Of a DNA stretch of 64,000 nucleotides, positions 60,097-64,000 are shown one piece after another. The translations under genes and the position numbers were made by a program. How positions within the stretch are numbered: position 1 is the stretch's first letter; the number at the start of each line of letters is the position of its first letter. The notes under the pieces are model-generated. The model was given only the letters and a program-made list of their open reading frames with translations, ran no database searches and had not been told where the DNA came from. Source of the DNA: Amoebidium appalachense (Eukaryota > Protista > Ichthyosporea); the NCBI GenBank assembly GCA_963693365.1, contig CAVNZM010000017.1, positions 721,989 through 785,988 on the forward strand. Direction: 5' to 3'.

Positions 60097-61399
60097 GGGG
60101 AGGGAGGTCAATGCATGCAAACATGTATAGGTGCACATGCATATAAAAACCACACAGGCATATGCACATACACGTGCACATGCGATACCAACGTGTGCAC
60201 TTTCAGGCTCATGAACATACATGTACACACAAACCTCATACACACATTTGCACGAGCACACATACACACACACACAAACCTCATACACACATGCACACAC
60301 AAATGCATAAGTGCAGAAGCACAAACATAACCTAGTTGCACACACGGCGCACTTCATTCTTACACACCGACCATGCACATACAGGATATCACACACACAC
60401 ACACACACACACACGTACATGCTATTTTCTCTCTTTAAACCGTTGGCAAAAAGGGAAACAAGATGAAGCTCATTGGTGTAATCATCACACCGGTTTTATC
60501 TTCTTCCTCTTTCTTTTCTTTTTTCTTTCTTCCTTTCTTTTTTTTTTGCGCGCTGGGGTGGGGAGGGGAGGGGGGGGGGGGGGGGAATTTCAATACCAAT
60601 TCAGGTATGCAGGAGACCCGGTGGTTAAGAAAATCAGAGAGTCGCTCCTCTAGACTCTGTGGGTTATATGGGGAAGGGGGGGGGGGGGGAGGGGGGAGGG
60701 GTTTGAATGCGTCAAAAAGTACGAAGTACACAAGAACAAACGGATAACACGATGCAGAATGCAAGCCATACATAAAGAGTATGCATAATAAGCAGAGCCC
60801 ATCCTCAGGGGGGGCCCACGTCATCCACAGTACCCGAGTTTCGACCTATTCACCTCGTTAACGAAACCCAACTCAGATACTGTTTCACTTGAACATGGGT
60901 AGGTCACCCGTGGGGAGGGGGGGATTAAGTGTGTCAGGTTGCTTCATTTTCCGTGAACCAATTCAAGTGTTGTAAGTTCTGAATGTTCATACGCGCGTGT
61001 TTTTATTCAGCTTGCGCGTTTCCACGTTTTTGTAGCTGTTTCAACCGAGATTTTCATAAAAGGTTTGTGTTTTTACGTGTGTTCTTAATGTGTGTATGCT
61101 TTTGCATGTGTTTGTGCGTGTCTTGTTCATGTGGACTAGTGTGAGCTGTACTATTATTAGCAAAGCCACGTTTGAACAAGTAACAGAGTGGTGTGTACTC
61201 TCGTGGTGCACGTGTGTGTGCGTGTGTGTGCGTGTGCGTGTGCGTGTGTGTGCGTGTGCGTGTGCGTGTGCGTGTGCGTGTGCGTGTGCGTGTGTGTGTG
61301 TGCGTGTGCGTGTGTGTGTGTGTGTGTGCCTGTGTGTGTGTGTGTGTGTGTGTGTGCGTGCGTGTGTGTGGGCGTGTGTGTGTGTGCATGTGCGTGTGC

Positions 61400-61441
<42 letters not shown>

Positions 61442-61775
61442 ATGTGCATGTGCGTGTGCGTGTCCGTGTGCGTGCGTGTGTACGTCAATGCATGTGCGTA
61501 CTTGCGCATGTGCGCGTCATTACGTATTGTCCATATAAGGAAACTAAAAAAAAACGTTGTTGTAAAGAGAGCCCATACGATGCCTGTGTGTGTGCCTGTG
61601 TGCCTGTTGCCTGTGTACCTATGTGCATGCATATGTGTGTGCGGTGTGCATTAGCATAGGGGCACCTACGCTCAATCTGGTGCGCAGTGTTCCATATCTG
61701 CCTTCAAGCACCTCCAAGCCAAACGGCTTGCACTGCAACACACACCCGGTCGGTTCCCCCCCCCTCTCCTCCTCT

Positions 61776-61813
<38 letters not shown>

Positions 61814-61993
61814 TGGTCCCTACCTCCCCCCCGCCCCCCTCGCCTGTCCAACCCCCTCCATCCATCCCCCCCCCCAAAAAAAACATCTCACAGAAAGGGA
61901 GGAAGAGGGATGGAAGGGCAGGCAGGGGAGGGAAGAGAGGGGCAGGAGAGAGGAGGAAAGATGGAACAAGCAGGAGAGAGGGAGGGGGAGAAG

Positions 61994-62039
<46 letters not shown>

Positions 62040-62800
62040 GAGGGAGGGGAAGGAGAGGGAAATAGGTCACCCCGATGGCCATGCAACTCAAAGAGCGCAC
62101 ACATGCAACTAATATCAGTATTAACACCTCCTAACACACTCCACGATCTACTAGATACTACGTGTATGTGAGAAAGCACACATGCAAGCATATACCACCC
62201 TCGGATGGAGGATATTTTATAGAACCACCGCCATATTTACAGACACCTATAATAAATACAACGTCAATTATGGTAACATCTACACCTGCCGTATATGGAA
62301 CCAACACCATTTATGGAAACACCTATAATATATGCAACCAATGCCATTGATGTATGATAACACCAACACCTTCCATATCAGGAACTAGCACCATAAATGG
62401 TTAAAACACCTACCAGATCTAGCCAGTGGCGCCTATGACACCTCCATAGCACATCCACCTCACGGCATAACGGTCGCACCTGCGGAAAAGTGGTCAGAAA
62501 ATCAAAACTCAGTTATCTACGCTCAATAAATATCACATTTAGATATGTCTAATGAAAATTGGTGAGTTACAGTTAGATTAACGGGCGCACGTGTGGGAAA
62601 TGGCCTGAAAATCAAAACTCAGTTATCTACGCTCAAATAAATATCACACTTAGATATGTCTAATAAAAATTGGTAGGTAATGGAAACGGCTAGGTTTACC
62701 TCGAAATTTGGTGGCATTTCCAATAGGTGGACTTTGGACATGCGGCATCAACAGTATGCGTGTAATAGATGGTGTGCGTGGCTGTGTGTGTGTGCGTGAC

Positions 62801-62849
<49 letters not shown>

Positions 62850-63228
62850 TCGTTTGTGTGTGTGTGCGTGCGCGCACATGTGTCTGTGCATGTGTGTGTG
62901 TGTGTGTGTCTGTGTGTGTAAATGTTTGGAACGTACAGCTTTTTTACGAGGATTTAAACCGCAGCTATTTCGAGCAAGGGTCTTTTAAGTTGAGGGAAAC
63001 CACCAGCAGACACACAGGCGATGAGAAAGAAAGGGGGGGGGGGGGGGGAGGGGGGGGGGAGAAGGGGTGGGAGGTGTGGTAGGAGACGGGTGAGGTGGGG
63101 GGAAGGGGGGGGGGGGGGTTTGAAACATACTCTTTCGTTGAGGATAAGAGTCAACTCACGTACATCCCCCCTCCTGTATGCTGCCTGAAGCTTAGAACGT
63201 AGAGTCACCTTGAGGCTCAACACACGCG
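59952..63228 (-). CDS. GH20 hexosaminidase (GcnA/HEXD-like), C-terminal exons; gene continues toward and beyond the right edge
   Basis: Exons 63228-63131 ([22 protein letters not shown]...), 62479-62414 ([15 protein letters not shown]), 61732-61670 ([21 protein letters not shown]), 60656-60597 ([19 protein letters not shown]), 60038-59952 (EVDLQP...AGYR*), all in phase. KPFGxE...RYG is the GcnA-type C-terminal signature. Confidence 0.85.
60702..60911 (-). mobile_element. Repeat family A, truncated intronic copy
   Basis: Matches 2661-2870; G-runs on both sides. Confidence 0.75.
62497..62673. repeat. Direct repeat (~65 bp, two copies) next to a splice acceptor
   Basis: gaaaatcaaaactcagttatctacgctcaa(a)taaatatcaca.ttagatatgtctaat.aaaattggt at ~62498 and ~62607. 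Confidence 0.8.
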
Positions 63229-63324
63229 CTGTATGGGGGTCGAACGGTTTTTTGGTGGGGGCGGAGGGGGAGAGGGGAGAGGGGAGGGGAGGGGCCGGGC
63301 GGACGGGAGGGGGGGGGGGGGGGG

Positions 63325-63377
<53 letters not shown>

Positions 63378-63404
63378 GGGGAGGGAGAGGAGAGGGGGGG
63401 GGAA

Positions 63405-63435
<31 letters not shown>

Positions 63436-63436
<1 letters not shown>

Positions 63437-63630
63437 AGAATGCGGAACACGGTACGAAGCACAACTATAAGATGAGATGCACTGTGCAGGACACATGCAA
63501 AGGCAAACATTCAAGTATGCAGCATGAGCAGAGCCCATCCTCCGGGGGGGCCAAAGTCATCAATTGCATCTGAGTTTCGACCCCTTGGCCTCGTTTATGA
63601 AACCCAATGTAGAGCACCATTTGCTGAACT
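63436..63630 (-). mobile_element. Interspersed repeat subfamily B
   Basis: Reverse complement resembles 24115-24342; embedded between G-runs. Confidence 0.7.
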
Positions 63631-64000
63631 GGAGAGGGGGGGAGGGGGGGGGGGGGGGGGGGGGGGGAGTGAGGTTGGGCTGTCAGGCTAGAAACAACAC
63701 ATCATGATCAGAGAATGGAGAGGAGGGGAGGGCGGAGGGGCGGGAGAGGGGGGGGGGGGGGGAAGGTTGTTGGTGGTGGGACAAGAACTGCGAGCATAGA
63801 ATAGGGTAAACCACCCCAGTCTACATGGTGGTGCTACTGTGTGTGTGTGTTTACTTCTGCTCCTTTTTTTCTTTCTTTCCTTTTTTTTTTCATTGGAGGG
63901 GGGGGGGAAGGGCCGGGGGGGAGGGGGGGGGGGGGGGGGGGGGGGGTAACATCACCAGGACAAAGGGCACGGTTGTAGGGCTGGCACGAATGGGTGCTTA

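Overview
Eukaryotic, very intron-rich DNA (exons mostly 30-200 nt) packed with (CA/TG)n microsatellites and long G/C/A/T homopolymers; almost all ORFs in the supplied track are low-complexity artefacts. I rebuilt spliced genes by hand from GT-AG junctions and reading-frame phase, and all family assignments are from motif recognition without database searches. In order: the 3' end of a Rabenosyn-5/Vac1-like gene; the N-terminal half only of a GH20 (GcnA/HEXD-type) hexosaminidase with a likely in-frame stop; a degenerate LINE; a three-AP2-domain gene; a 27-exon, ~1050-aa gene that appears to fuse an AIMP2-like (thioredoxin + GST-C) module, a prokaryotic-immunity-type SIR2_2 NADase domain, a macrodomain-like fold and a ubiquitin-like domain (the main candidate for an undescribed system); a TRAF-like RING E3 ligase with an inserted two-helix hydrophobic hairpin; a divergently transcribed UCH-L3-like deubiquitinase; and the C-terminal half of a GH20 gene running off the right edge. 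Also present are a retroposon-like repeat that sits in poly(C) tracts (7 copies), two MITE-like elements, and tandem repeats that echo splice junctions. Several 1-nt frameshifts in short homopolymers suggest long-read consensus errors. The gene content looks opisthokont/holozoan, but the organism cannot be fixed from sequence alone.
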